Shown piece by piece: positions 24,870 through 37,542 of a stretch of 64,000 bases of DNA. The first letter of the stretch is position 1. Each line of letters opens with the position of its first letter. A program made the position numbers and the translations under genes. This DNA is from Chiloscyllium plagiosum (lineage: Eukaryota): the NCBI RefSeq assembly GCF_004010195.1, contig NC_057759.1, positions 4,400,665 through 4,464,664 of the forward strand, read 5' to 3'. The notes under the pieces were generated by a model, which saw nothing but the letters and a program-made list of their open reading frames with translations, was not told where the DNA came from and did not search any database.

Positions 24870-26290
24870 TCGAAGACGTAAAAGCCCATGGACACAGGGT
24901 AATGTGTTGAATTTGATCCTAAGTTGGCTAGTCACAGGAAAGAAAAGATGGTGGCCATTGTGAATGGAAAGTTGTTTCAAGTGATGCTCTGCATGGCTCA
25001 GTGTTGGGACCTCTGCTGTTTATTTTATACATTAATGATTTGGAGTTGAATATGGTGGGCATGACCCTGTCGTGGATAGTGTGGAGGATAGCTGTAAGCT
25101 CCTAAACTATATAGATGGTTTGGTGGAGTGGGCAGATGGAGTTCAACTTTGATAAGTATGAGGGAATGCATTTTGGGAAGTCAGACAATAAATGGAAATA
25201 GACAATAAATGGGAATGCTGCCTGAACTGCTGTGCTCTTCCAGCACCACTAATCCAGAATAAATGGGAATATACTGAGAGGGGCAGGTGAAGTGAGAGAT
25301 CTTAGTGTGCAAATGCACAGGACCCGAAAGATAGATGGGGTTGTAAAGAAGGCACATGGAATGCTCTCCCTCATTGGCAGAGGGGTGAATACAAAAATAG
25401 GGAAATAACAATGAAACGATATGAGGCAGTGGTGGCTACAAGAGGAGTATTGTGTGTAGTTGGGTCACCATATTATAGGAAGGACGTCATTGCTGTGGAG
25501 AGAGTGCAGAGGAGATTTACAAGAATGTTGCCAAAATTGTAGCTATCAGGAGAGATTGGAGAGGTTGGGGTTGTATTCCTAGGAACAGAGGTGCCATGAT
25601 TAAGGAATACAGGGCAATCCCATATTCGCGGGTCTGATTATCGCAGTTTACCGTGGTCCGAGTATATAAAAGGGAGTGTTCCAGAACCAGGGAACAGGAG
25701 GCTGATGGGAAGGCATATTTCCCATTTAAATTAATGGTTTTGCACCTATCTGTGGTTTTGCGTTTCCGCTGCAGGTCCTGGAACATGTCTCCCACAGGTA
25801 CGGGGGGTCTACAGTACTAAATGCTGAGCTACCCGATGAAGGAGCAGCACTCTGAAAGCTTGCACTTCCAAATAAACCTATTGAATTATAACCTGATGTT
25901 GTATGATTTTTAACTAACTCGTGAGAGGGAGACATTAGACAGGAGGAACCTGTTTACTTTGGCAGAGAGTTCAAAAACCAGGGATCACTGATTCAAGCTC
26001 AGTGGTTGTAGGATTAGATGAAATGAGGAAAAATGTTTTTTTTTTATGTAGAGAGTGGTGGGTATCTGGAATTCACTGCCTAATTTGGTGGTGCAGGCAG
26101 AGACCTTACTTTTTTAAATACAAAATTCCCTGGAACTGCACCTCAAGTGTTGTAAACTGCAAGGTTACTGACTGTGGAAGGAAAGTGGGATGAGAAAGGG
26201 CACCTGGGTATGTTGGCATTGGCATGGACAAGATGGGCTGAATGCTGCCCCACCCCCCACTGATGCTGCATTATTTTTATGATTCTCTAG
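24870..26290 (+). mobile_element. Old CR1 RT/3' fragment with nested insertions
   Basis: ggctcagtgttgggacctctgctgttt; tggagagagtgcagaggagatttacaagaatgttgcc. A 41-bp PLE tail at 25217-25257 is flanked by AATAAATGGGAAT. Confidence 0.75.
25610..25814. mobile_element. Tigger/pogo-like MITE (Tc1/mariner), degenerate
   Basis: Flanked by TA; ends cagggcaatcccatattcgcggg and cccacaggtacggggggtctacag resemble Tigger-type TIRs. Confidence 0.5.
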
Positions 26291-26699
26291 TTATCAATGC
26301 GACCAGACCAGTCAATGCTGAGTGAATATGTAAATATATTTACCATATACCGAAAGTTACAGTTTGATAACTACACCCACACATTCACCAAGCAGGAACT
26401 GACAGGCATAGATCAATAACTAAACTCACATATCCACATACTCACTTGCATCAGATGGCCCCATTCATGGAGCTGTATGGGTGTTGTTTAGTTTCTGAAT
26501 CTCACTCAACTGGTATTAGAATTTTAAGAAAAAATGGGCAAGGAGCAGCTCAGAGCAGGAGCGGAATCAGACCTGTGGTTCAGTTTAAATTGCTGGCTTT
26601 AAACAAAAATCCTAATGATCATTAACTGAATGTTACATTGATGTTGCCAATCACAACTGATGTTGATTTTCAGGAGGTATCTCTTCTGTCTTCCTCCAG

Positions 26700-26781
26700 G
26701 CAAGTACTCAAAGGACCAAGATAATGTAATATTCCCTCGGTACAGAGCCAAGTGTGACCAGCTGCTTCGAACAAGCAGCAG
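26700..26781 (+). other. Exon-like segment copy D (82 nt)
   Basis: tctcttctgtcttcctccAG|GCAAGTAC...AGCAGCAG|GTACGT; open frame GKYSKDQDNVIFPRYRAKCDQLLRTSS. Confidence 0.6.
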
Positions 26782-26974
26782 GTACGTTACTGCTGTCAGA
26801 GCGTGAGTCAGGTTCACATTGAGCTCCATTTCCAGAGAGATATGTTCAAACCAAGAGTCAAATACCACCAAGGATATAAAGTTTATATTTTTTATCTATA
26901 TTCTCAATACATGCTACCCATTTCCAATCAATTTGAATAAATCTGCAGCCAAAATATACACTGCATTAAATCTG

Positions 26975-28110
26975 AACATGGAACGATACAGCACAGGAAT
27001 GGGTCCTTCAGCCCACAATGTTGTGCTGAACATGACGCCGAATGAAATTTAATTCCTTCTGCCTGCCCATGGTCCATATCCCTCCATTTCTTGCACGTTA
27101 ATTTGCTTATTTTAAAATCCCTTCAATACCTTTATCATAACTGTCTCCATCACCACCCCTGACAGTGCGTTCCACTCTTACCACTCTCTACGTTAAAAGA
27201 AACTGCACCTTAGGTCTCCTTTGAACTTTCCCCATCTCACCTTATATGCATGCCTCTTAGTTTTAGACATTTCAACTCTTGGAAAAAGATTCTGACCATC
27301 AACCTTAAGCATGCATTTCATAATGTTATAGACTTCTGGATGTAGGTTTGCTCACTGAGATGGAAGGTTTGCTTTTAGACGTTTTGTTGGTAACATCATC
27401 AGTGAGCCTCCGAATGAAGCACTGGTGGTATGGCCTGCTTTTTGTTTGTATGTTTAGGTTTCCTTGGGTTGGTGATGTCATTTCCTGTGGTGGTGTAGTT
27501 TCCTGTGGTGATGTCATTTAGTGTTCATTTTCTTTGGGGTGGTAAATGGGTTGTAAGTCAACCTGTTCATTGATGGAATTCCGGTTGGAATACCATGCTT
27601 CTAGGAGTTCTATTTCATGTCTCAGTTTGACTTGTCCGAGGATGGATGTGTTGTCCCAGTCGAAGTGGTGTCCTTCCTCATCTGTATGTAAGGATACTAG
27701 TGAGAGTGGGTCATGTCTTTTTGTGGCTAGTTGATGTTCATGTATCCTGGTGGCTAGTTTCTGCCTGTTTGTCCAATGTCGTGGACACATAAATAGAAAG
27801 TGGGCCATACCACCAGTGCTCCATCTGGAGGCTCACTAATAATGGTAGTGAGGTGACAAAACATCTGAAACTGTACCTTCCAGCTCAGCGAGAAAACCTA
27901 GATCCAGAACCTCAACCTGAGCTACAACTCTTCTCAAACTTTTATAGACTTCTATGAAGTCTGCCCTCAGTCTCTGCTGCTCAGAAGAAAACTACCCAGG
28001 TTTTTCTAGCTTCTCTTTATAGCTCATACCTGCCAGACAACATCCTGGCAAACTTCTTCTGCACCCTCTTTAAATCCTCCACGTCCTTCCTGTAATGTGC
28101 CGACCACAAT
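26975..28110 (-). mobile_element. CR1 3' fragment hosting a PLE insertion
   Basis: CR1 tail aacatggaacgatacagcacagga...ccttcagcccacaatgttgtgc; resumes after 27942. Confidence 0.75.
27338..27941. mobile_element. Foldback PLE (family 3, Poseidon-like GIY-YIG) with 12-bp TSD
   Basis: TTATAGACTTCT at 27326-27337 and 27942-27953; minus arm encodes LATRIHEHQLATKRHDPLSLVSLH...FDWDNTSILGQ; short plus arm ~27785-27940. Confidence 0.85.
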
Positions 28111-28111
28111 T

Positions 28112-28848
28112 GAAAAATCACACAACACCAGGTTATAGTCCAGCAGGTTCATTTGGAAGTACTAGTTTTCAAAGTGCTGATCCTTCATCAGGTAGCTATG
28201 AAACAGGATCATGAGACATAGAATCTATTGCAAAAGATTATAGTGCCATGCAACTGGAATGATATTTTGAAGAAACCTAGATTGCTGTTCAGTGTTTCAT
28301 CTTTTAGAATGGGTTGCAGGTTTCAGTTCATTAATATATACATCCCAGAACTTCTTTTAAGTCACATTCACAAGATGACTTCAGATCTTATTTTAAAAAG
28401 GGTGACATCTCAGCTCAGACAATGTACTAAAGGTGTGAGGTTAGAATCTCTGTATCCCAATCTTAAGTTAGACTGGTTCTATTGCCAAAATAGGAATATA
28501 AAACATTAGGTGGATTGACTGCCTGCAGATTGTGCTCTTTTTGAGCAAAATAGAATGTATCTGCAAATGCAAATTCACCCTCGAGACTTGCATGTGTGTG
28601 CGTGTGTGTGTGTGAGAAAGAAAGCATTTTAGTGTGAGTACACATGCGAATGCATGTGTGTATGATTGGTAAAGTGTGTGTATGATTGTGATAGAGTATA
28701 AGCCTGTGAGAGGGTGTGTGCCTGGATGTGAGTGTGGGGGGGAAAGCGTGTGGATGAGAGACGGTCTGCATGTGTGTGTGAGTGAGAGAGTGTGTCGTGT
28801 GACAGGAACCCAAGGTCCCGATTGAGGTTGTCCTCGCAGGTTCTGAAC
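28112..28848 (-). mobile_element. PLE family 2 3' region (CA-rich tract, terminal repeat, decayed hammerhead)
   Basis: Homologous to 35500-36290; ...KFRTCEDNLNRDLGFLSH. Confidence 0.8.
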
Positions 28849-30799
28849 TTTAGTAAGGATACTTTTAACGTTACAATCGAGGTGAACAAATAGACGATGC
28901 TGTTATTTTGAGCAACCATATGTGAGGTAGATAGTGAGCACATTGAAGGAAACATTTCAGCTATCAGTAACTGAGAAGGATAGAATTAATCTTTTGTCAC
29001 AATACTCTAAGTATGGCCCAAGGAAAGTCAAACAATAAGGCAAGTGCGCCATACGCCACCTTCTAGATACCACCCAATCTACTTGCATGGCCACTTTCAG
29101 GGAGCTATAGACTTGAACCCCAAAGATCCTTCTGTACGTCAATGTTGTTCAGAGTCCAGCCATTAACTGTATACCTTTCCTGAACATTTGATCTTCCAAA
29201 GTCCAGCATCTTACACCTTACCGAATTAAACTCAATCTGTCATTTCTCCACCCATATCTGTAAGTGATCTATATTCTGCTGTATTCTTTGACAAACTTCT
29301 ACACTACCCACAAGTCCACCAATCTTTATATTGTCTGCATTTAGTAATGATAATTTTAATGTTACAATCAAGGTGAACAAACAGCTGATGTGATTACTTT
29401 GAACAACCAAATGTAAAGTAGATATTGAGTACAAATTGAATTGAAGGAAATATTTCAGCTATTAGTAACTGTAAAGGACAATTAATCTTTTGTCACATAC
29501 ATAGACACAGCAATCAAATAATATGAATTTCAAATGCACAAACTGTGTCAAAGCTTTACATAGAATGATTAATGTGTAGGTATGTAACCAAACGTTTCCC
29601 CACACCCCCCTCCCCAACACACACACACACACTGTCTCTCTCTCTCGCTCGCTCTCTCTGACTTACGATGAGTTTCAAACACATACACCATCCTGACACA
29701 CATTACAATGTCTAACAGCCATGCAGTTACATTGACATTGCAAGTAACACAAAATGTTACGTTCAAAATGATTTCTACCCACAGATCCTTTGTCAGAGGC
29801 CTATAGCACAGAATCAGGCTGTTTGAAACTTTTGAGTCTGCACTGATCAGAAACAACCAGCTAACAATTTTCATCCTGATCAGCCAGCATCCATTTGCAT
29901 AAATGGATCATGGTAGCAGAGGAGCTTATCATCCTCATCTTTCTCACAACATCATTCTGCATTTCTTTCATATTGCAGTAGAAGACTTTGTTTTGTCTGT
30001 TTCAGTCCCACCAGAAATCTTTTTTTTAGATAATCATGTACTTCTTTCAAAATTGTTGCAATTTTCTACAAAGAGATCTACATTCCTCCTCCCCCTCCCT
30101 GGGATGTATCACAAAAAAAGCGTGAAATCTGGCTGCAATTTTCACAATATATCAGTGGAATCTAATAACCACTCTTCAAAGCAGTGGAGAAAAGGGGGAA
30201 AAAAAGCCAAAATTGGTAGGTTTGTGGAATTGCACATTTTATCTTCAGAATTGATGTCAAACTGTCCTTTCCATATAGGCACTGACAATGAGTGGATGAA
30301 GTTCACATTCCCAACAATTACTGCAGAACTGATGCATAAGAGAATGTCCCAGTAGAGACAAAATGAGCTGAATTGTCTGCTTCTGCACGGTACCATATCA
30401 GTGATTCTAATTTTGGTGAGAAAGGTGATGACATGCTGTTGTGTTGCATATTGATATAAAAATATCATACAAAAATGGACTGACATGCAGAATAAAACTC
30501 ACTTTCACAAACAAAAACACCAACAATGTCTGGGTACAAATTAAAACCAAATGTCTCAGTGATACCACAGATCCCAAACAAGAAATGTGTGACCATAATT
30601 CAGAATGGTTCTCAGAATAAAGCAATTTCCCTTCTGCCATCACCTTATCTCCTCTCTCCCCCACCCACCCGCACAGACTGACAGTCAACTCAGAAATCAC
30701 AAAATGCAGAAAAGATTAAGATCCAGTCTCAACACCCTAATAACAACTATCACAGAATGTATTGCACAGACACAGAATCATGCTAGCGTCCACTTTAAT

Positions 30800-31410
30800 A
30801 CACAAGAGTAGACACTGACAAGTACAGGCTGATAATTACACACTCATTCATTTTGCAGAAACAAACAATCAAACAAATGATGACGACACTTACTAACAGT
30901 GTGACTAACAGTTTCCATCGGTCAGTTTCAGTTAACTTTCGTCACACATTCACATTGCAGTAACTGTAGGGGACAGATTCATAACTACACTCTCATTCAC
31001 AAAGCTAAAACTGACAGGAACAGAATAGTAAGTACATTCCCAGTTTCACACAGCATAAACTGACAAGTACAGTCTGATAACGACAGTCTCATATTCACAG
31101 AGCAGATTCTCACAGGTACATATTGGTACCTGCACTGTTCACATTCACCAAAGGATCTGACGGGTAGAAGTCGTTAAGTAAATTCACATATTGACAATGC
31201 AGAGATTGAGGAGCATAGATTGGTAACTGCACTTACATACTGATATAGGAGAAACTGACAAGTACAGATTAATATTGACAGTTCCAATTCACAGAGCAGG
31301 ATCAGACTGGTAGATACACTCACACATTCACATAGGGAAAACGGACAGGTAGAATTAATAGGTATGTGCACATAGAAGAAACTGACAAGTACACATTGAT
31401 AAATACATTG
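30800..31410 (-). repeat. ~48 bp minisatellite array, reverse orientation
   Basis: aaactgacaagtacaggctgataattacacactc-type units. Confidence 0.8.
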
Positions 31411-31965
31411 GTTATATAAATGATTAGGAGTTGGGTGTTGAGAATATAATCTCTAAATTGCAGTTGATACTAACCCAGAGAGAAGAGTGAATTGTGAAGA
31501 TGATGCTGAGTGACTTCACAGGAAGATTGACAAGTTTATCAAATGGGCAGAAATCTGGCAGATGAAGTCCAATGCAGAGAAATGTGAGGTAATGCATTTT
31601 GCTAACAGAAACACACGGCAACAATGCAGGGTCAATGGTATGTCTTTGAAGGGAGCACTGGAGCAGAGGGACCTCTGGGTTCACATGTATCATTCTCTGA
31701 AGTTGGCCAGGCAAGCTGAAACCTTTGTGAAGAAGGCTGATAGGATCCTTGCCATTATAAATAGAGGCATTGAGTGTAAAGCTGAGGAAATGATACTCCA
31801 CCTCCACAAATCATTGGTCAGACTACATTGGTGTTCAGTTCTAGGCAGTTTATTTCAGAAACCTTAAGCTCTGGAGAGGGTTCATTGAAGATTTCCTAGA
31901 ATGATAGCAGGAATGGAGGATTTTACATACAAGGAAGGATTAGTGATATCAGGCTCCTTCTCCTT

Positions 31966-32359
31966 CTTCCGACTGGGAACCCTCCAACCACAGGGGATGA
32001 ACTTGGACTTCACCAGTTTCTTCATCCCCCCTCCCCCCACCTTGTCTCAGCCGAATCCCTCCAGCCCGGCACCGCCTTCCTGACCTGCAGTCTTCTTCTT
32101 GACCTCTCCGCCTCCACCCTACTCCGACCTATCACCCTCACCTTGACCTCTTTCCACCTATCACATTCCCAACTCCCCTCCTCCAAGTCCCTCCTCCCTA
32201 CCTTTTATCTTCTCCTGCTGAACACTCTCTGCTCATTCCTGAAGAAGGGCCTGTGCCCGAAACGTCGAATCTCCTGTTCCCTGGATGCTGCCTGACCTGC
32301 TGTGCTGTTCCAGCAATAAAGTTTCAGCTTTGATCTCCAGCGTCTGCAGACCTCACTTT
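31966..32359 (+). mobile_element. PLE family 1 3' end with 12-bp TSD
   Basis: FRLGTLQPQGMNLDF plus a pyrimidine-rich tail; CTCCTTCTCCTT at 31954-31965 and 32360-32371. Confidence 0.85.
32235..32270 (+). ncRNA. Minimal type I hammerhead ribozyme motif, best-preserved copy
   Basis: ATTC CTGAAGA A GGGC CTGT GCCC GAAA CG TC GAAT; helix I AUUC/GAAU, helix II GGGC/GCCC, predicted cleavage after GUC at 32266. Confidence 0.8.
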
Positions 32360-35300
32360 CTCCTTCTCCTTGGAGCAGAGAAGATTAAGAACATTATGGA
32401 GGGGTTCAAAATTATGAATAATTTTGACAGGGGAAAGACAAATATTTTGTTCCCATTACTTGGTATGTCAGGAACTAGGGGTCACAATTTCAAGATTGTC
32501 AGCAAGAGAGCCAGGAGTGAGAGGAGGAGAAATATCTTTACTCAGAGTTGTTAGGATTTGGATTGTGCAGCCTGAGATCATGGTGGAGGTATGCTTCCAT
32601 ATGAGGTATGAAAAGAGAGCTGGATATGTACTAGAAGTGATGAAATTAGAGGGCAATGAAGATTGGGCTGGAAAACAATCCTGCCTTGAATTATTTCCAG
32701 CTCACCACAGTTTAAACAAAGCATGGAGAGTACAATTTAACCAAAGTATGGAGAGTACATTCATTTCATTGGATCATCTGCCTGGATTCATAAGCCAGGA
32801 GATGAAATGGATGTCCAAGTTAGGAATGATCAGCATAAAATCTCAAATCTCAGCCACCAACAGTTAGATTGTGCTACAGTAGGAATAGACTGACACACTG
32901 AGGGTTGTGGAAGAGACAATTATGCAGATGGTTTCTCAAGACAAGTCCATCTTTGGAACTGACATCTTGCTGACTGAATTGAAACAGAGCCTCGCCTAGT
33001 CGCAGAAACGTGATATTGCTTTACCTTCTCTTCCTTGTCCTCCTTATTTGCTGGAAGGTAGGACTGCTATTGATCGATTTGTGAAGCTTTCTTTTACGCT
33101 GTCTCACGATGTCTGTGGAAGGTTGACATAAATTTTTCCCTCTTCATCTTGACCTGGTTCCTCATCCCCTCCTGTATCTGTGTACCTCAGAGTGGTGTAT
33201 GTGATGCAGGGTGGTTGCTGCTCTGCTTGTTCAGCCTGAAAACAGGACAACACAGAAAAATAGTAGATAGGAGTAGGACCAAAATTGGTGGCATTTTGGA
33301 CACAGGAAGGTTATCTAAGAGTACAATGGAAATTTAATCCACTGGGCCAGTGCATCAAGGAATGACAGATGAAGTTTAATTTAGATAAATGTGAGGTGTT
33401 GCATTTTTTAAGGCAAACCAGGGCAGCACTTATACTGTTAACAGTACAAGTCTGGGGAGTGTTTCTGAACAAACAGACCAAGGGGTGCAGAAAGACATTT
33501 CCTTGAATGTGGTGTCACAGCTAGACATTTGCCATGCTTACCTTCACTGTTCAGAGCACTGACGGCAGGAGTTGGGGCGTCATGTTACAGCTGTACAGGA
33601 CGTTGGTGAGGCCACTTTTAGAATACTGTCTACAGTTCTGGTCAAACGTCTGTGGAAAGGATGTTCTCGAGTTGGAAAGGGTACAGAAAAGATTTACAAA
33701 GATGTTACCACGACTGTAGATTTGAGTTATAAGAAGAAGCTGCATAATCTGGGAACTTTTCTCCTAGTTTTCGGAGGCTGAGGGTTGACCTGAGAGATTA
33801 TAAAATCACGAGGGGCATAGATAAGGTAAACAGCTATGGTCTTTTCCCCAGGATAGGGGTGTCCAAAACTAGTGGGCATAGGTTTAAGGTGAGAGGGGAA
33901 AGATTAAAAAGGGATCTAAGAGGCAAATTTATCACACAGAGGGCAGAGTATATGGAATGAGCTGCCAGAGGAAGTGGTAGAGGCAGGTACAATTACGACA
34001 TTTCAAAGACCTTTGGAAAGGTACATGGATAAGAAAAGTTTAGAGCAATATGGGCCGAATGCAGACAAATGGGACTAGTTGAGTTTGGGAATCCTGTTAA
34101 GCTTGGGCAAGTTGGGCCAAAGGGCCTGTTCCCCTGCTGTATGACTCTAAATTTGGACGAGAATAATAAACTTTGCCTGAAAGACAGAGTGTACAGGAGG
34201 AGCTGTGAATATTTGGGGTCATTATCCAAACCAATTTCTCTTGACAAAGCATGTGATTTCAACACGCCGAAAACTGACCCTGACAAACGTTATTTCTCTG
34301 TACTCTGTGCAGGATGTGGCCATCTCTGCCAAGGTGGGAAGTGGATGCAATTCCGAAATGTCCTTGAACCAATCAACTTGATCAGCCAGAAGAAGGTGAG
34401 GAATTTGGAAAGAATTAGGAGTCACGTGCAGAGCAGACTGGATGAGGAGGGCATATTTCATTCCCCTAAGGACCATCACAGACAGGAACAGGAGAAGGCT
34501 ATTTGGCCTCTCCATCCTGCTCAGCCATTCAATTGCATCGTGACTAATGCATCATTTCTCACGCTCACTTTCCTGCACTTAACATGTAACCCTCAATTCC
34601 CCGCCTGATCAAGAATCTACCTACCCCAGCTTTAAACCTTGTTATAGAAAGAATGTTATTAAACTGGAAAGAGTGCAGAAGAAATTTACAATGATGCTGC
34701 CAGGACTCAGCGGTTTGAGTTACATGTAGACAAACTAGGACTTCACTCTTTAGAGCATAGGAGACTGAGGGGGGATTTTTAACTAACTGTATAAGATCAT
34801 GAGAGGAACAGATTTGGTGAATGCACTCAGTCTTTTTCCCAAGGTGGGGGAATGGAGGATCAGAGGGCATCAGTTTAATGTTAGAGCGGAAAAAATAAAA
34901 GGGAACTGGAGGAGCAATGTTTTTACACAGAGGGTGGTATGCACATGGAATGAGTTGCTAGCGGAAGTGGTTGAGGAAGATTCATTAGCAATATTTAAAA
35001 TACATGGATAAATACATGGATAGATAATGATTAGAAGGATATAGGCCAATTACAAGGAAATGGGATTGGATGAACATTTTTGTTGGCATTGAAGAGTTTG
35101 GACTAAAGGGCCTGTCTCTGTGCTGTAGAACTCCATGACATCTACGTTCATCTCCTTGTCAATTACTGGCACGGTACTTGAATCATGTATTGTGAATACT
35201 AACACAAAATACCTGTTCAATGCCTCGGCTAATTCCTCATATCTCAATGTGAAATCCCCCTTCTTATCCTCTAAAAGACCAATGTTTACCTTAGCCATTC

Positions 35301-35499
35301 TTCTGCACATTATATATTTAAATAAATATTTGCTGTTTTTTATATTCTGAGCTACTTTAATCTCTTAATCTATCTTACTTTCTTTAAAGTTTTTTTGTGC
35401 CTTTCTGTTGGAGCTTCCCACTCGTCTTTGCTACTTTGTGTGCCTTCTCTTGTAACTTCAGAGCCTCAATTGCTTCCTGAGACACCCATGACAGATTAA

Positions 35500-37542
35500 G
35501 TTAAAAATCACACAACATCAGGTTATACTCCAACAGGTTTAATTGGAAGCACTAACTTTTGGAGCATCGCTCCTTCATCAGGTGGTAGTGGAGGGCTCAA
35601 TCCTAACACACAGAATTTATAGCAAAAATTTACAGTGTGATGTAACTGAAATTATACATTGAAAAATTGATTGTCTGTTAAGCCTTTAATCTGTTAGAAT
35701 ATCATGATAGTTTCACTTCTTTCATGTGTAAATCACAAAACCTTTTTTTAAAAAGTTGCATTCTCAGGTTAGCTGTTAACAATGGTGATAGCTAGACAAT
35801 ACGTTGAAGGTGTTCGCCCCTGTGTTGTCTGTCTATGCCATGACGTTTAGATTGATTCTAATCTAAAAAGTGAGATAATGGAGTTATACATAAATTCATG
35901 CAGTTTTTGAGCTCAGAGTTCTACATGAATGCATGCAGTTTTGGAGAAAAAGTACAATGTAACCCTGCAAGTACAAATTCACCCCACAAAATATATGTGT
36001 GCATGTGGGTCTTTGTCTGTCTGTACGTATGTGTCTGTCTGGGTTGGGGTTGTGAGTATGAGAAAGCATGTGTGTGTGTGTGTAGTGAGTGCAGCATGTC
36101 TTAAGTCTGTGAGGGGTTGCATGTGGGAGTGTCTGTGTGCGCGTCTGTGTATATGTGTGTCCATGTGTATGTATGTATAGGAGTGCCTGTGTGTGCTTGA
36201 GAGTGTGTATAGTGCAATGGTGGTCACCTGTAATGTGACATGAACCCAAGGTCCCAGTTGAGGCCCTCCCTATGGGTACCGAACTTAGCTATCAGCCTCT
36301 GCTCGGACACTTTTTGCTGCTGCCTGTCCCGAAGCCTGCCTTGGAGGATGGTCACCCGAAGGTCCGAGGTCAAATGTCCTGGACCACAGAAGTGTTCCCC
36401 AACTGGGAGGGAACACTCCTGTCTGTTGATTGATATGCGGTGCCCATTCATTCGTTGTCGTAGCCTTTGCTCGGTTTCCCCAATGTCCCATGCCTCCAGA
36501 CATCCTTGTTTGCAACGTATAAGATAGACAACATTGGCTGAGTCACATGAGTACCTGCCACATACAAGGTGGGAGGTGTCCCCACTCGTAATGGTGGTAT
36601 CCATGTCCACACTCTGACATGTCTTGCAGTGCCTACTGTGACAGGGTTGTATGGAGTTGTCCTGAGAGCCGGGCAGCTTGCTACGAACAGCGATTTGTTT
36701 GAGGTTTGACGGTTATTTAAAAGCAAGTAGTGGAGGTGTGGAGAAGATCTTGGTGAGGTGCTCATCCTCATTGATAATGTGTTGCAGGTCACAAAGAACA
36801 TGGCGTAGTTTTCACCTCCTGGGAAATACTGAACAGGGTACCCTTCAGTTGCAGCACGTGTTTATCTCTTGAGGAGGTCATTACAGTTCCTTGCTGTGGC
36901 ACATTGGAACTGGCGGTCGATGAGTTAGGCATCCTTCCCCGTTCTTGTGAGGGCATCTCTGAGTACTTCCAGGTGTCCGTCATATTCCTCCTCATCTGAG
37001 CAGATCCAGTGCACGCATAGGTCTTGTCCATCGGGGATGGCTGTTTTAATATGTTTTGGGTGGAATCTGGAGAAGTGTAGCATTGTGAGATTGTCTGTGG
37101 GTTTGCGGTAGAGTGTGGTGATGAGGTGTCCATCCTTGATGGAGATGCATGTGTCCAAGAATGAGACAGATAGTCAAGAGTAGTCCATGGTGAGTTTGAC
37201 GGTGGGATGAAACTTGTTGATGTCACTGTTTAGTTTTATCAGTGACTCCTCGCCATGGTCCAGAGGAAGAAAATGTCATCAATGTACCTGGTATATAATG
37301 TTGGTTGGAGATCTTGCACAGAGGAGAAGTCTTGTTCGAACCTGTGCACCAAAATGTTGGCATATTGGGGTGCAAATTTGGTCCCCATGGCTATTCCATG
37401 TGTCTGGATGAAGAACTGGTTGTCAAAGGTGAAGACGTTGTGATCAAGGATAAAGCGGATGATTTGTAGGATGGTGTTTTGAGATTGGCAGTTGCTGGTG
37501 TTGAGTACTGATACTCAATGTGATGATTTGGCATCTCCAAAT
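35500..37542 (-). mobile_element. 5'-truncated PLE family 2 (Neptune-like): RT C-half, Zn-knuckle, GIY-YIG and 3' repeat; 13-bp TSD
   Basis: GIAMGTKFAPQYANI, RYIDDIF, LYRKPTD, PCHSRHCKTC, NVVYLIRCKQGC...IGETEQRLRQRMNGHR; CATGACAGATTAA at 35487-35499 and 37543-37555. Confidence 0.92.
35550..35584 (-). ncRNA. Hammerhead motif of PLE family 2 (GAAA mutated to AAAA)
   Basis: Minus strand CAC CTGATGA A GGAGC GAT GCTCC AAAA GT TA GTG. The GAAAGC form is seen in sister copies at ~12050 and ~25854. Confidence 0.6.

Larger units (their letters stand above)
31500..35135 (+). mobile_element. Cluster of old CR1 RT/3' fragments (~31500-32680, 33340-34150, 34640-35135)
   Basis: NAEKCEVMHF; LYRTLVRPLLEYCLQFWS...LERVQKRFTKML; FTQRVVCTWNEL. 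Confidence 0.8.

Noticed and set aside
30142..30486. Hydrophobic ORF resembling a receptor N-terminus, with a homologue at 17042-17233
   Set aside because: No recognisable family motif, and frames are not preserved across module copies.
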